Below are positions 1-12,279 of a stretch of DNA of 64,000 nt, piece after piece (the first letter of the stretch is position 1; the number at the start of each line of letters is the position of its first letter). The stretch spans positions 192,434 to 256,433 of the forward strand of contig NW_019217977.1 in NCBI RefSeq assembly GCF_002571385.2. The letters run 5' to 3'. The translations under genes were made by a program, and so were the position numbers. Source of the DNA: Stylophora pistillata (Eukaryota). The notes under the pieces are model-generated. The model saw only the letters and a list, made by a program, of their open reading frames with translations. It did no database searches and was not told where the DNA came from.

Positions 1-3000
1 GAAATGTTCTCGGGTACCTGATCAAGAGGCCGGGGCATCATAGCAATACCCGGCATAGGGGGACCTCCTGGCATGGGAACTCCCGCAGGGGGAAGTCCTT
101 GCACGAGCTGAGCTGATCCTTCTACGCTTCGAGCCTCACGCTCCTTGCTCTTGCCTTTGCTGCTACTGCTCTTCTCACTACTGCTTCCACCACTACTCCG
201 ATGGTCCCCATCAGCGCGGTCACCTCCTCCTCCGCTCTTCCGGGAGCTGCCACTAGCACTGTGGGGACTTTGGCTGCCACTGTGCGCGCTATAGAACGAC
301 TGAGCGTACCCAGGTGTCTGCGTGTCCACTATGGCTTGAGGAGGAGGAGGAGGGGGGCCTGGGTAAGAAGGCATTTGATGATATCCGTAACTTGGCGGAC
401 CCGCAATCCACGAGATGGCTTGATGTGTAGGGAGGGGTCCCAGAGTGTCTTGGTCGCCGTCTCCCTCATGTTCGTTAATCGTAAGAGCCGCCATATCTAT
501 TAAAAAAAGAAAAAAAAAAAAAAAACAGTGCAAATTATTGGAATAGTGGAATTTGGTCACCTGAAGTAAACACTCACAAACCAAATCCCAGTGGAAATGT
601 AGTCTGAGCCAGGATCTAAGTAAGCCGTCACGGGCAAAATCACCGTCACAAGAAAACTGGCACGCACCAGATCCGGCGTTTGCAGTTTTCATGGAAACGG
701 CTTTGAAGCGTTTCGCATTTCTCGTTGCGCTCCCGTGTATTTCGCGAACGGCATTTTTGCATGCTATTTATGACGCTCGTCTCCCCTCACTGAAGGCTCG
801 GCACAGATTTGGAATTACCAATGCCGGAATAAAGGAAAACCCGAGGTTCAAAAACAATATTTTCATCTCCACGTTAAACAAGCCTTATCTTTGTCCTGCA
901 CTAGCGGTAAGAAGAGGAAAGCATCTTTCTCTACGCCTTGTTATTACTAAGTATTTGAGCATTCACTGGCAACAAAGCTAAAGGTAAATTAGCAATTGCT
1001 GATCCAAAGTAATAACATTTACAAAAAGCCAAAGGGGAGCTGACCAGCTCCCCAACCCCTCTGATAAACTACACGAGGAGGCAGGAGAAACAAAGACTTA
1101 CTTCCACAAAGATCGCCAAAAACATAATAACACTGCTCTGAGAACGTAATCTTGTTAACCGTGTGTCGAATAAAACCAGCCTGATAAACAAACAAATGCA
1201 GACAAAATTTAGGCGTAAATAAACAACAGCAAGGAACAACTTGATCCGACTCCATACACACAAGCCCAAAACGACACTCACCTTCAAAAGATTGCAAGCA
1301 TACTTTCTTGCTTCACGTCTGTCTTGAAAACCCTCTACATGCGAGTATAGCCAGTCTACTACATCAGATCCTATGACACAAAGGAAAATAGCACTGTTTA
1401 ACACAAACATTTCTCAGAGTCCCAGTACTATGCTATTGGTGCGACAACGCTGACTGGAAACAGCTTTAAAAAATATACCCACTGCCAAACCTCAATGCCT
1501 TCATCAAAAGAGTGCCTTCCCGCAGCATCTCACTCCCAATGCTTTTGGGGTTTAAAGGGTTCCTGCCATCTCCCCACTGTAAACCACAAAACCCAACCCC
1601 CCCCCAACCCCTTCTGCTTCAGCATGTGAAAAAATTATGAACATTACGGTTACACAAATAGCATTGACCCTTAATAATCTAACATCAGCCTGCTGAGCGA
1701 GTGATTGATATTCTCAATACTGTTCTCTATACATTTCCTTAGGTGTTGACATGGAGAATTCACTTAACAATCAAGAGCTTTTTTCAGTTGGTGATCATTT
1801 CCTTTATTTTCATAACCTTAGACTGTGATTCAAAGGTGATACAGTTTGGAGAATTCAAATTGCCAGTCACTCTTAGGAGTTAAGAGAAACTGTTTTGCAC
1901 ACTTACCTATAAATGCACTAGGGATGGTTATCTTGAGCCACATTCTGTCCCTAATATCAAGGCCAGAGTCTGGAGCTGCCATTGTTTTAACTATAGAGGT
2001 CATGTCTGAGTTCACTGAGAGTCCCTCTCCCTCTTGAAGTTCAGTATATCCTATAACAGGAGGTGAAAAGAAGAGCTAAATAAAGTCAACTGCACTCCAA
2101 TGACACCTTATGGACTAAACTTTAACTTACAAGGTCCATTATCACCCTCTCATTGTTACTCATTGATTACCTATGTTTTAATTTGTTGTTTTAAACTCAA
2201 GGAGCAAATTGTTCCCTTTTATTGTCTACCTATAACCCTTTCACTCCCAGATCTTTATTTTTTGTACTTCTCTCTACAGTCTGCCATACAATCCTTATGA
2301 TGTTAGTTTCGAGAATTTGGTTTGAGATCAACATATTAACTCCTTATTGATATTTTTCTTTATTCTCATCACTTGTCTGCTTGATACTGGATAGATATTG
2401 TGGGGAAAAATTTTGTTGCTATCACTCATGAGAGTTGGAGGAAATGAGAAAGTAGGTAAGTGTCCCACATAGCAACTCACTGTCTGATTCTGGTAGAGAA
2501 CTTGTCATAGAGGAGCTGGTTGATGTCATTGTTGTGATCGACTGACTGTTTGGTTGTTTTCCATATTGAGTAGTTGGTCCAAACTCTGGAATAAGTAATT
2601 GCAACTAATTTTAAAAGGAGAACACTTTGAAAGCATAATAATATCCAATACAACAAGTTAAATAAATGACCTTTGAAAAGAACGCTGATGTTTACTTACG
2701 AGTCATTGCCGTGGTGTGTTGTACCCAGGCTGATGTATCTATTGGTCGCACAGGTTCACCTGGACATGAAAGTTTTAAATTACAATTACAACCATGAACA
2801 CAAAATTTATCCAAGTTATGTGTCAGGCCACCCTCTGGTAGAATCCAGATGCCACAGGCATCTAACATTAATTTTGCCTTAGGGCAACTCATATAACTTT
2901 GCTGTTGAGAAAGATCTAGAGAACTGGACACCCTTGATTTATGTTAATGTACTGACTGGCTTTAGGCACTCTGTGATTTATGTAAGAAAGAGCATTTGGT

Positions 3001-6000
3001 TACCAATGTATGGCAAACTCTCTATAAATCCCAGAGCCATTTTTAAAATTCTTTCAAACCATTAAGACTAAAAATAACTTTACAGATATCTTTGACACAA
3101 AATCAGTCTTGTGGATCCTAAGAAAATGAAAGTGATTGAAAAGGAAACTACTGTATTGACAGACTTCAATTTTTGAAACTAACCAAAATAAATGACAACT
3201 TGTACTGCATGAGCACAAATCATCGCACTATGAAGTATCAGTGGTCTTGACACTGATAAATGTTTAATGCAAAAACCAAAGATGATGAAGCACTAATGAT
3301 GAATGACTATTCAAGGGAAGGATGAATGTTAGCCATGTTATAAACTCAAATTAAGATAATTATACTTACTTGGAGGTAATGTGAAGTATCCTTTAGGTGT
3401 AGGATCCCAGCACTTGGCAACAGTCAAAGTTATGGGACTGAAATTGATACTCACACAATTATACATATGCCCTTCGAGACAGAATATTATTAATAATTTA
3501 ATTACAGTAATATGTAGTCTTGATATGTTTATAATTACTTTCATTTATACATTTGTCTGATACCACCAACATAGAATTGATTAAATCAGGGTTATTTATA
3601 GTTGAAAGCAACGGAAGTGGTGCAAGTGAAAAGTCACTGACTTCTTGCCTTTGTTAGCCAGTTGCTTTGTTCGAAATGTCACAGCATAGTTTATTGGTTT
3701 TAAAGCCTTTCCAAGACAGCCAACATCAAGCAAAAAGTCCATGTGATAAGCTTGTACAACAGCAACTTTTGTGGCATTAAAAAAGAAACATCTGGTACAG
3801 ATGGAAATTATGACTTATTTTTCATATGAACACATTGCAAAGATGATTAACACTTAGCAAATACCTCAAATGGCATGTTATTTTAAGCCTGAATTAAGAA
3901 TTGAAATTGTTTTGATTAAGAACTACTAGAAAATAAAAAAAAGGGTTATTCTTACCCAGGTTTATGGACCATTTCCCTCAAAACCCGCACTGCATCATCA
4001 TTGCTCATATTTTCAAAATTTACATCATTGACCTATCAAAGATGAAAACCAGAATAGGCCCAGGAAGTTTTGCAAAGTGATTAAATTCGATGAAGGTTAT
4101 ATTAGGATAAAAGGACCAAAAGAATTGGAGGGCTATGATTAAGATTTTGAGATATACTTCACATACTTGCAAAAGCATATCTCCAGGCTCTATTCTTCCA
4201 TCCAAATCCACTGCACCACTGTTGAAGAAAAAAAAGAAGTTAAAATTACTTTCCTGTACGATTCTAAGTTGTTATCAGTTTTTTTAATGTACTATTTCAA
4301 ATACCAAAATATGGAACACATTCTTTTGATTATTCTTGTAAAGTTGCTTAAAAGACACGATTTTTTCTTTTCCCTGAAAGCAAAGAATTTGTTCAAAGTT
4401 TTCAGTGTGAGGTAATTTTGTTCAATTAACACTCACCCTTTCATGATAGAACCAACATAAATTCCTCCATCTCCTCTTTTGTTACTTTGACCCACAATAC
4501 TTATTCCTAGAAAATTTACTTTTTCTGAAAAAGAAAAACACAATGGCATCTTAAGATTTTTGCCTTTTGACTTCAAACAAACAAAGTGAATTTAAAAAAG
4601 AAAAGTAATCAAAAGGAGCAGCATGTCCCTTTTGGATGTCTTACCCATATTTAGTGTGACTGTTATGATGTTGAGTGACATGGTGGATTCTGTTATGGTA
4701 CTAAATGATGAACACTGTCAAGAAAATGAAAACAGTTCATAAAATATAAAGACTGAAAATTAGAGAAAAGACGCAAAGGTATGCTTGCTTAATTTGATAA
4801 AGTTATGGCAATTTAAATATTTTTAGTAATCATAAGGCTTAGCCATGCAAGTATAAGAGTTAAAATATTTAATAGAATTCTTCACATTTCAGTTATAATG
4901 TACTGTACTTGTCCTACTACAGTCTGTCAAGTGCTAATTGAATTCCAAAAATTGTTACACAGGCAAAAGCAAACAGGAAATTCATCATGAGTGGACCCTA
5001 AGAGTTGGTTAACTCCTTGATAACTTAATGGGGAACTTGAACTTTTCAGTCATCTTTATGGCCAACATAAATAAATCATTCTCAGCACTGCGATAATTGC
5101 CTTCATTTTTGACACTGGGAGGAAAACCTCTCAGAACACAGAGGAAAAGGTTTAGATAATCACCCTTTGCACTCTTGGCATCCTTGGTCGTCTTCTTCGC
5201 CTTCTATGTCTTCCTCTAAGAAGTTGAGAACCTTCAGTAGTACTGGAGAACCTCGAAACACTGCAAACACATTTTCATTGGTCAATTCCTTTTTATTCTA
5301 TTTACCCACATGACACTGTCAACATTAACCCCTGCAACTTTTCCTTGTAATATTCGTACTTGAGAATACTCAAACTTAACAGGTAGAAGTTGTTATCTTG
5401 ATCTGACACCAAATTCTTGTAACTACTTCAGAAGGAAATGTCTAGCAGCTAGAGGGGAGAATTAACAATCAGGCTCCGGTTGTTCAAAGGGCGGATAATG
5501 CTATCCAATGGATAAATCGCTATCCAGCGGATAAGTGTTACCAAAACGTACTGTGCTATCCACTGGATAGAGATTTATCCAATGTATAGCGTTATCCATC
5601 CTTTGAACAAGCGGGGCCAGGTCTTGGGAGTTAAAGTATGCATGTCTAGATTCCTCTGGAGAAGTCGGAATGTTTTCTTTGCCCCCTGCATATGAAAAGA
5701 CCAATAACCAACTCTCTCTAAGAAACTGCTATCATATTTTGTACTCACCTGCTTTGATCATCTGAAGAATCCATATAGCTTGTTGATTCAATATCACTAC
5801 TCATCATGGATGCACTCTCATACCGATCACCTTCGTGTCTTCCTCCTTGCCTATGTCGCCCATGTACCACTGAAACACAAATACATTTCCCACAACAAAA
5901 GATTAGATTATCAGCTCAATATTTTTTGCACTTAATTAATAGTTGATGAAGTCAAAGCCCATATCAACTACTGTATAGAGAAATCAAGAGCAAATGAACT

Positions 6001-9000
6001 TAACTGTTTAAGGGTAAATCTACTAGTCCTAAAATGCTAAATAGCAACACTTGAATTTTCTGTTATAGATGGTAGTAAGAGATTGCAGAAGACGTGAACA
6101 TATGGTAAGAACATCAGTGGCACATGAGGCGCAAATTTTTTGTTCTTACCACAAATTACTAAACAGACACATGTTTAGTAATGTTCTTACTCTATTACTA
6201 AACAGACACATGGCAACTTGGAATCTAATTAGATGGAATAGATAGCAGTCAGCATAGCCAATCAGATTGTAGCATTTGTGATGGAACATTAATAGACTCG
6301 TACTCATACAGAAGCTAGTGGGAAACGAAAGAAGGCAATGAGAGGGCACAAAACACAAACAGCAGTGCAGAGGGAAAAATTTGAAAATAGAGAAAAAATT
6401 TTAATTACCTTCATTTCTGTTGATATGTTTTTCCCTCCGCCTTGACCCTCTTCTGGAACTAACCACGGAATCTGCTTCAGAGTCAAAATCACCTGCTGTT
6501 GAGTGCCCTCCATGGGGACTAAAGGTAAATATCACAAAAATTATAAAAGAAGGATCTTAAAATAGTTATCTTAGGAGAGGGAAAACAAAACATTTGGGTC
6601 TACATTATAATTTAAACTCCTGTCAGCTCTGATTTTGCAGTCTGGTGCTTCCCAACTGAGCTACAAACGAATAAAATGGGTAAGGTTCTAAAGAAACTGT
6701 GGTGCTGCACCAGTGTGGGGTATTACAAGTTTTGAATTAATATTCAGATGATAATAGTGAAAAGATAAAGATAACTTTAACTTACTGGAAAGAAGGTGGT
6801 CTGGAGTCTCCAATACCAACTGTTCTGGGCATTGGAGGGTGCATGTCAGATGATGCTGATATGACTGACTGCTGATCATCTCTGCCTGTGTCTGACACAC
6901 TACTTGTGTCCGACGTGACAAGCTGCAACAACAATTGATGACTACTGATCAGGCTCCGCTTGTTCGAAGGGTGGATAACTCTATCCACTGGATAAATCGC
7001 TATCCAATGGAAAGTGCAGTACATTTTGGAAACACTTATCCACCTGATAGCAATTTATCCNNNNNNNNNNNNNNNNNNNNNCATAAGTTCTAAAGTAGGA
7101 ACCAACTTGACACCCAAATTAGTTAATATATTCTCCACATATTTCCTCTGGAACTAACAAGAAGAATTTATTTACCAATCAAGATCTTTTTTGGTTGATG
7201 ATCATTTTCTTTAATCTTGTGATCTTAATGCATGATTCAGGGGTGATTTGGAAGGAGAAATTAGATGCTAGGTACTGTAGGTGGGGGTTCAAAGGTTAGT
7301 AGGCAGAACAGAATGATATCAAAAAAGTACCGAAGGATTAACAATGCATGTTTGAGCAAGACTACTATTTTGATAAGAGCTGACAAAAATCAGTGTTTTA
7401 ACACTGAATGAAAATTGCATAAAAGAAAAAATTGACAACATAGTTACTGGAGCACTGCCCTCTCTTCATCTCTCCATCAACTACACAAAGTTTAATTGTC
7501 CTTAATATCACCAATCCTATTACCCACCAATTATAGCAAAGTTTCTTCATTCTTGTATGTGATTTGCCTCTTAATTCTTGAATTTTCAAACTTTTTCCAA
7601 TACTTAATTACATTGCCAAAAATGTCAGAAATTAGAATTCTATGGAGAAGTCTTCACTCACAAAAGCCTAAATCTGACAGCAGATGAACTAATTAGATTT
7701 TTAGTCAGTGATTTCTTTTGCTCCAGGATACGAATGTAATCCTTACACACAGCACATTCTTTGCAAATAGAGACGGATTTTATTCTATTAACAATATACC
7801 TCCCGGGGACGAATACAAAATTTAGGTTCTTTCAATTGTACACGAACCATGCACACATTTCAAAACAAGAAAATGTCCATGGCGTGATTTCCTTTATGAC
7901 AAATCAGAAGGAAAATATTAGAACGATTCCTCTGAGGCAGACTTCAGCAATTAACATTCTCATTTAAGGCTTGCCTTGTCAGTTTAAGAGCTTTTATTAT
8001 TGTCACAAGAAAGTAATTAAATCACTTGGTGAACAATACAGAGGCAGTAGGATATTCTGCGCTTGTTCAAAATATTATCATCGATCATTCAGTGGTTTGC
8101 GTTTCCATGATTAAAAGCCACCACACAAATTGGATTTATCAACAAAGCAAAGGGTAAAGCTCCTTAACAAAGAACTAAAACCATGAGGATTATGAAACAA
8201 AGCTTAACGTTTTAAAAGTAGGAGAAAAGCATTACTGAAAATCTTTCACTTTCCTTCTTGTAATATTATTATCCAGAAATTTAACGAACTTATGATGAGG
8301 TCTCCTTGGAACCATCAATTATATTTTTGCTAACAACAAGCAATAAAGGATAAAAAAACAGAAATAAGTATTTTTGATACCTTAGACTCAAAATATCTGC
8401 TCAAATAGAAATCATAAGGGAACACCTAACTAGTACGTGAAGAAAGACTTTTTTCCCTCTCAGGCCACCATCATTTGATCAAAAAAATGTAATTGTTTAA
8501 ATCTCTCAAAAGGATGCTAATGAGGTATGCCAACAAGGCCATTAGCACTTCCATCTATGAGTGAAATACCTGGACTACATGACAAAGCAGAACTGTCGGT
8601 CAACCCAACAAAACCAGCTGGAAAATTTTCATCATGATATGCTACACAAAAAAAGAGTCATATCCAACAGAAAAGAACAAACCTTGAGTATTTATAGGGT
8701 GTCTAAAATACTAAAATATCAATCTCTGCTGTGAATTGACTAATCCATGCTTAATCCTGCCATTCCATGTGATATGAGCGTGAATTGCGAGTTTTCAATA
8801 CTGGTAATGAGTAGTTACCAAAACATCTGTCTTAAATGTATTTTACTTGGTATCACATCACTCATGCTGTTATCAGTCAATCGCTGGGTGGCCAGTCATT
8901 CACAAATCCGAACGAAAACCAAAAAAAAACATTTTGGCGATAAAAATTATGAACAAACGAGAAAGGAGATGCTATTTGGCGCGTTCATTCCACTGCTTGG

Positions 9001-10764
9001 CCTTTTCATCTTACAGCACAGTAATAACGAAATCGATCTCGAAATGAGTCATACGATTAAAACCACAGAAGTTTAACTATAATGGATTTATATCAAAAAG
9101 AGTGCATCTGAGAAAAAGGGAGGGAGAATCAACAACAACTGAAAGAGGAAAATTTCTCGAGAAAGAGAAGATTTGAAGAGTATCAAAGTAAAGACAAAAA
9201 ATATTTAAGTTGATAGATGGTTTTCTAATTGCAAGTCTTGTAACAGCACTTCTCTTTAAATATCGCAGAGCATCTTAAGCATTGGTTTAAAACTTAACTT
9301 GAGTAAATTACTTTGCTTTCTTTTGCCAAACAGAAGAATGTAAATTACCGGCTTCTGTTTGCGTAGGACAAGTGAAGGTTGTAACGCGATCGAACAAAAA
9401 ATCGTTCGCAGAGCTACATGGCAAAAGAGCATACTTTTTACGTATAAGGAACAGTTACTAGTTCTTCCGTATAAATCTAGATTAAATCTTGGTTTTGAAC
9501 AATTGACTCAGTAGGAACTCAGTGTGACATAAATTAAAGATGAGGTTTCGTACAATCAAGAAAACCTGATTATTGAGAGACAATCGACAAGCCAATATCT
9601 TTCTGGAGATAAAATACGACTAGCGACATTTCTGATTTGAATGTTGTAGTGCGGCGATTTCCACCAAAAAGAAAAAAAACTTAAAAGAAAGGGTGACAAA
9701 TCCAGGACGAAATGTGTTTATATTGAGGGCTAACTCTTTGTCGTTCGATAGCGTTCCAAATAATGGCCGTAAAACAAGATCATACCAAGAAGTGTATAAA
9801 CACAACGTTAGGCGCCAGACGGATATGCGTCCTCAAACCAAGCTGCCAAGGATGGAAATGCAAGGGAAAACGAGAAAAAAAGTTTCCCCGGGTAAAATAA
9901 GGGTTAAAAAAGGCAATCGCCTGCTATGCACGATCACGATCAAGTTACAGTCCAAGATAAGTGTTCCCTGCTACGAAAATATATCAACAAACCAGATCTT
10001 TTGGCTGGCTTCGTTCGGTAGTCCATTTGGAGGTTATGTTTTTTTTAAAAAATTCCATGACAGACAGCTTACCCAAGCAACGACCCTTCCATTAAAGCAA
10101 GGCAAATTCATCTCTTCATCGCTTATCTCCTCTTTGACCACACTGCAATAAGAATTAGAAATTATCAACTGAAGATATCGGTTACAGGCAAGCGCGCTAT
10201 CAAGAGTTTAGCTGGAATGCATAAAATCTGCGCGAAGAAGCGACAAAAAGACTTCGCCTTAGGTTGCTGGAAATAGAAGAAAATTGTTTGAACAAGCGGT
10301 AGGTATACAAAAGCGATAGACACAAGAGTCTTTAATCACAGCGCTACTGTAAGCTTACACCTTATGCGCTCGGTATGAGAAGCCGGGAATATTTGACAGC
10401 AATATTCTGGAGCTCGTAGCATTCGAATGGATTCCTGTGTTTTTTCAAAACAAACGCAATTCAGAATACGCTATACAAATATAAACCCTTTTAAAAATCA
10501 AAGGTGTTTCGCTCGGGAAATGACTTTGGGGCGAGAAAGACAACGTAAACACTGCAAAGAAAGAAATCTACATACAGCGTACAGGAGGTACACATCAACT
10601 CACCCGAAATCATCATCCATACTTTTGAAAAAGAACTTGTAACTCGGCCGATTGAGAACATTTTTAAAATCTGAAAGAGTTACTTCTGAGGGACTTTTAG
10701 GCAGCTTCACTAGGTACGGCGTATCTTCATCGTCGATGTGGTAAATAACCTTAGTTTCGTCCAT
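1..10764 (-). CDS. DVL: Dishevelled (DIX-PDZ-DEP Wnt signal transducer), 3' end outside window
   Basis: Exons in transcript order: 10764-10604, 10142-10073, 6922-6786, 6518-6409, 5869-5749, 5260-5164, 4714-4645, 4524-4437, 4218-4167, 4032-3956, 3437-3370, 2759-2700, 2585-2481, 2050-1907, 1370-1282, 1180-1102, 496-<1. All GT-AG and phase-consistent. DIX: [20 protein letters not shown]...[17 protein letters not shown]...[14 protein letters not shown]: [23 protein letters not shown]...[18 protein letters not shown]: [29 protein letters not shown]...[13 protein letters not shown]. Confidence 0.98.
5473..5617. mobile_element. Palindromic MITE (PIF/Harbinger-like) with CAG target-site duplication; related copies at 6953-7060 and 32741-32977
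   Basis: TIR GCTCCGGTTGTTCAAAGG...CCTTTGAACAAGCGGGGC, internal TATCCAnTGGATA palindromes, CAG on both flanks. Confidence 0.85.
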
Positions 10765-12244
10765 TTTGATCAATACACTCTTCACCACACCAACAAGAAC
10801 AAGAACTCCTGTTGCATGGCTGGGATGTCAATCACAGTTGAGTCACATGAGTGGTGTCGGCCAATCAAAGAGCGGTGAAACACAATCAAGTTAGACAACA
10901 ACACATTATCACAAAAAAAATAATGTTCCCGCGAATCTTAAGTAAAAGCAGGTCTTGGTGGACAAAGATCGATAGAACTCGGCGGAGAATTTATGGATCA
11001 AGCTGATGGTAAGTGCTGTACTCGTTAAAATACTCTTACCAAATGATTGAGAAATCTACTCCACACGAGTCATGACTCTTTCCGCTGTTAGTAGTTTCAG
11101 CACAAAGGACTTCCGACCGCCGTTTTCAGTTAAAAGTCAAATGCCGCAAAGATCAGTGAATCGCAACACTTCATGCATGATTGGATATGTGAATGAGCGA
11201 GTTGTACGGATTTAACGAATTTAATAGCATTACGGTGCGGTTAAAACTTGTCTCTGATCATACATCATAAAGACAAGAAACAGGAATCTGTCAGTGAAGA
11301 AATCTTTGGTATTTGTTACTTTCTGTAAGCTCTTAATAAAATAACACTCGTCTAAAATACCACAAATGTGTGTTTATTACCTAAAGGTTGTTAATGAAAG
11401 GCAAACCCTCCCACACCGGCGTATTTACCCTAGCGTGTTAACTGAAAGCTAAGTTGAGTACTAGAGAAAATTAAATCAACACAATACAAACTTCGTCACA
11501 GCCTGGTTTTTGAGGTCAATTGATCCGATTACGTTGCACCTAAGATTCTAATCACGAGCCGGTTTCCTGTTGGATGACTACCACACAGGAACTGTCTGGA
11601 ACCCAAAATTTCAATGAAAAGTTTAAACGTGGACACCTGTTTACTTATTAGGGAATTCCATCAGTCATTTCAACTTGAAAGTGGTATTGTGACAGAGGTT
11701 TTCAATACGTCGTACTAGTTTGATTCAAATTCTGGGCTGTAACTAATCATTCCCGTGAATCATGATGTCTGCATCTTTGGGAAGGTTAAATTCCCAGCAT
11801 AGAGCAAACATATTTTGTGAGAAGCAATTGAATTTGAATGTATAATTTCCATGGATAAAAAAACGCCTTGGGCTAAGCTGACCCCACAGACAGTTATCTT
11901 AAATATACATCCCTCCTTCTCCACATCCTCCAATTTCCTGAGGACGAGCATCTTGACAACACTCATTTGCTTATTGAATTATATTACACTTCAGGGATAA
12001 TTTGTGGTTAACAGGGCTAATTATTAGGTAAATGATAAATCTGGGCTGTAGACTCTTTTTTTCACAAGTACAGAAAAATAGAGCATAGTTGCAACAAAAT
12101 GCAAAGCAAAATGTTTATTATTCTTCCACCTCTGTTAAATTTAGAGACTAATAAAAAGCATAGTTCATCAATGGGAATGGCCATTCCCCTCAATTAACTA
12201 TGTGAAGAGTTAAAAACAAATTTGAATTTCTCCCCCATGGTTTT

Positions 12245-12267
12245 TTGTTGTTGTTGTTGTTGTTGTT
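12245..12267. repeat. (TTG)n microsatellite just downstream of the SIX6OS1-like stop
   Basis: About 7 TTG units seen directly. Confidence 0.9.
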
Positions 12268-12279
12268 CATTTTAAAGAT

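Noticed and set aside
201-503. 100-aa plus-strand ORF
   Set aside because: Antisense shadow of the GC-rich last DVL exon.
5473-5617. CRISPR-like spaced palindromic repeats (TATCCAnTGGATA)
   Set aside because: These are internal sub-repeats of a TIR-bounded MITE in a eukaryotic intron, with no unique spacers or cas genes.
9693-10151. 152-aa plus-strand ORF
   Set aside because: Antisense to DVL exon 2 and intron 2, non-ATG start, no recognisable motif.
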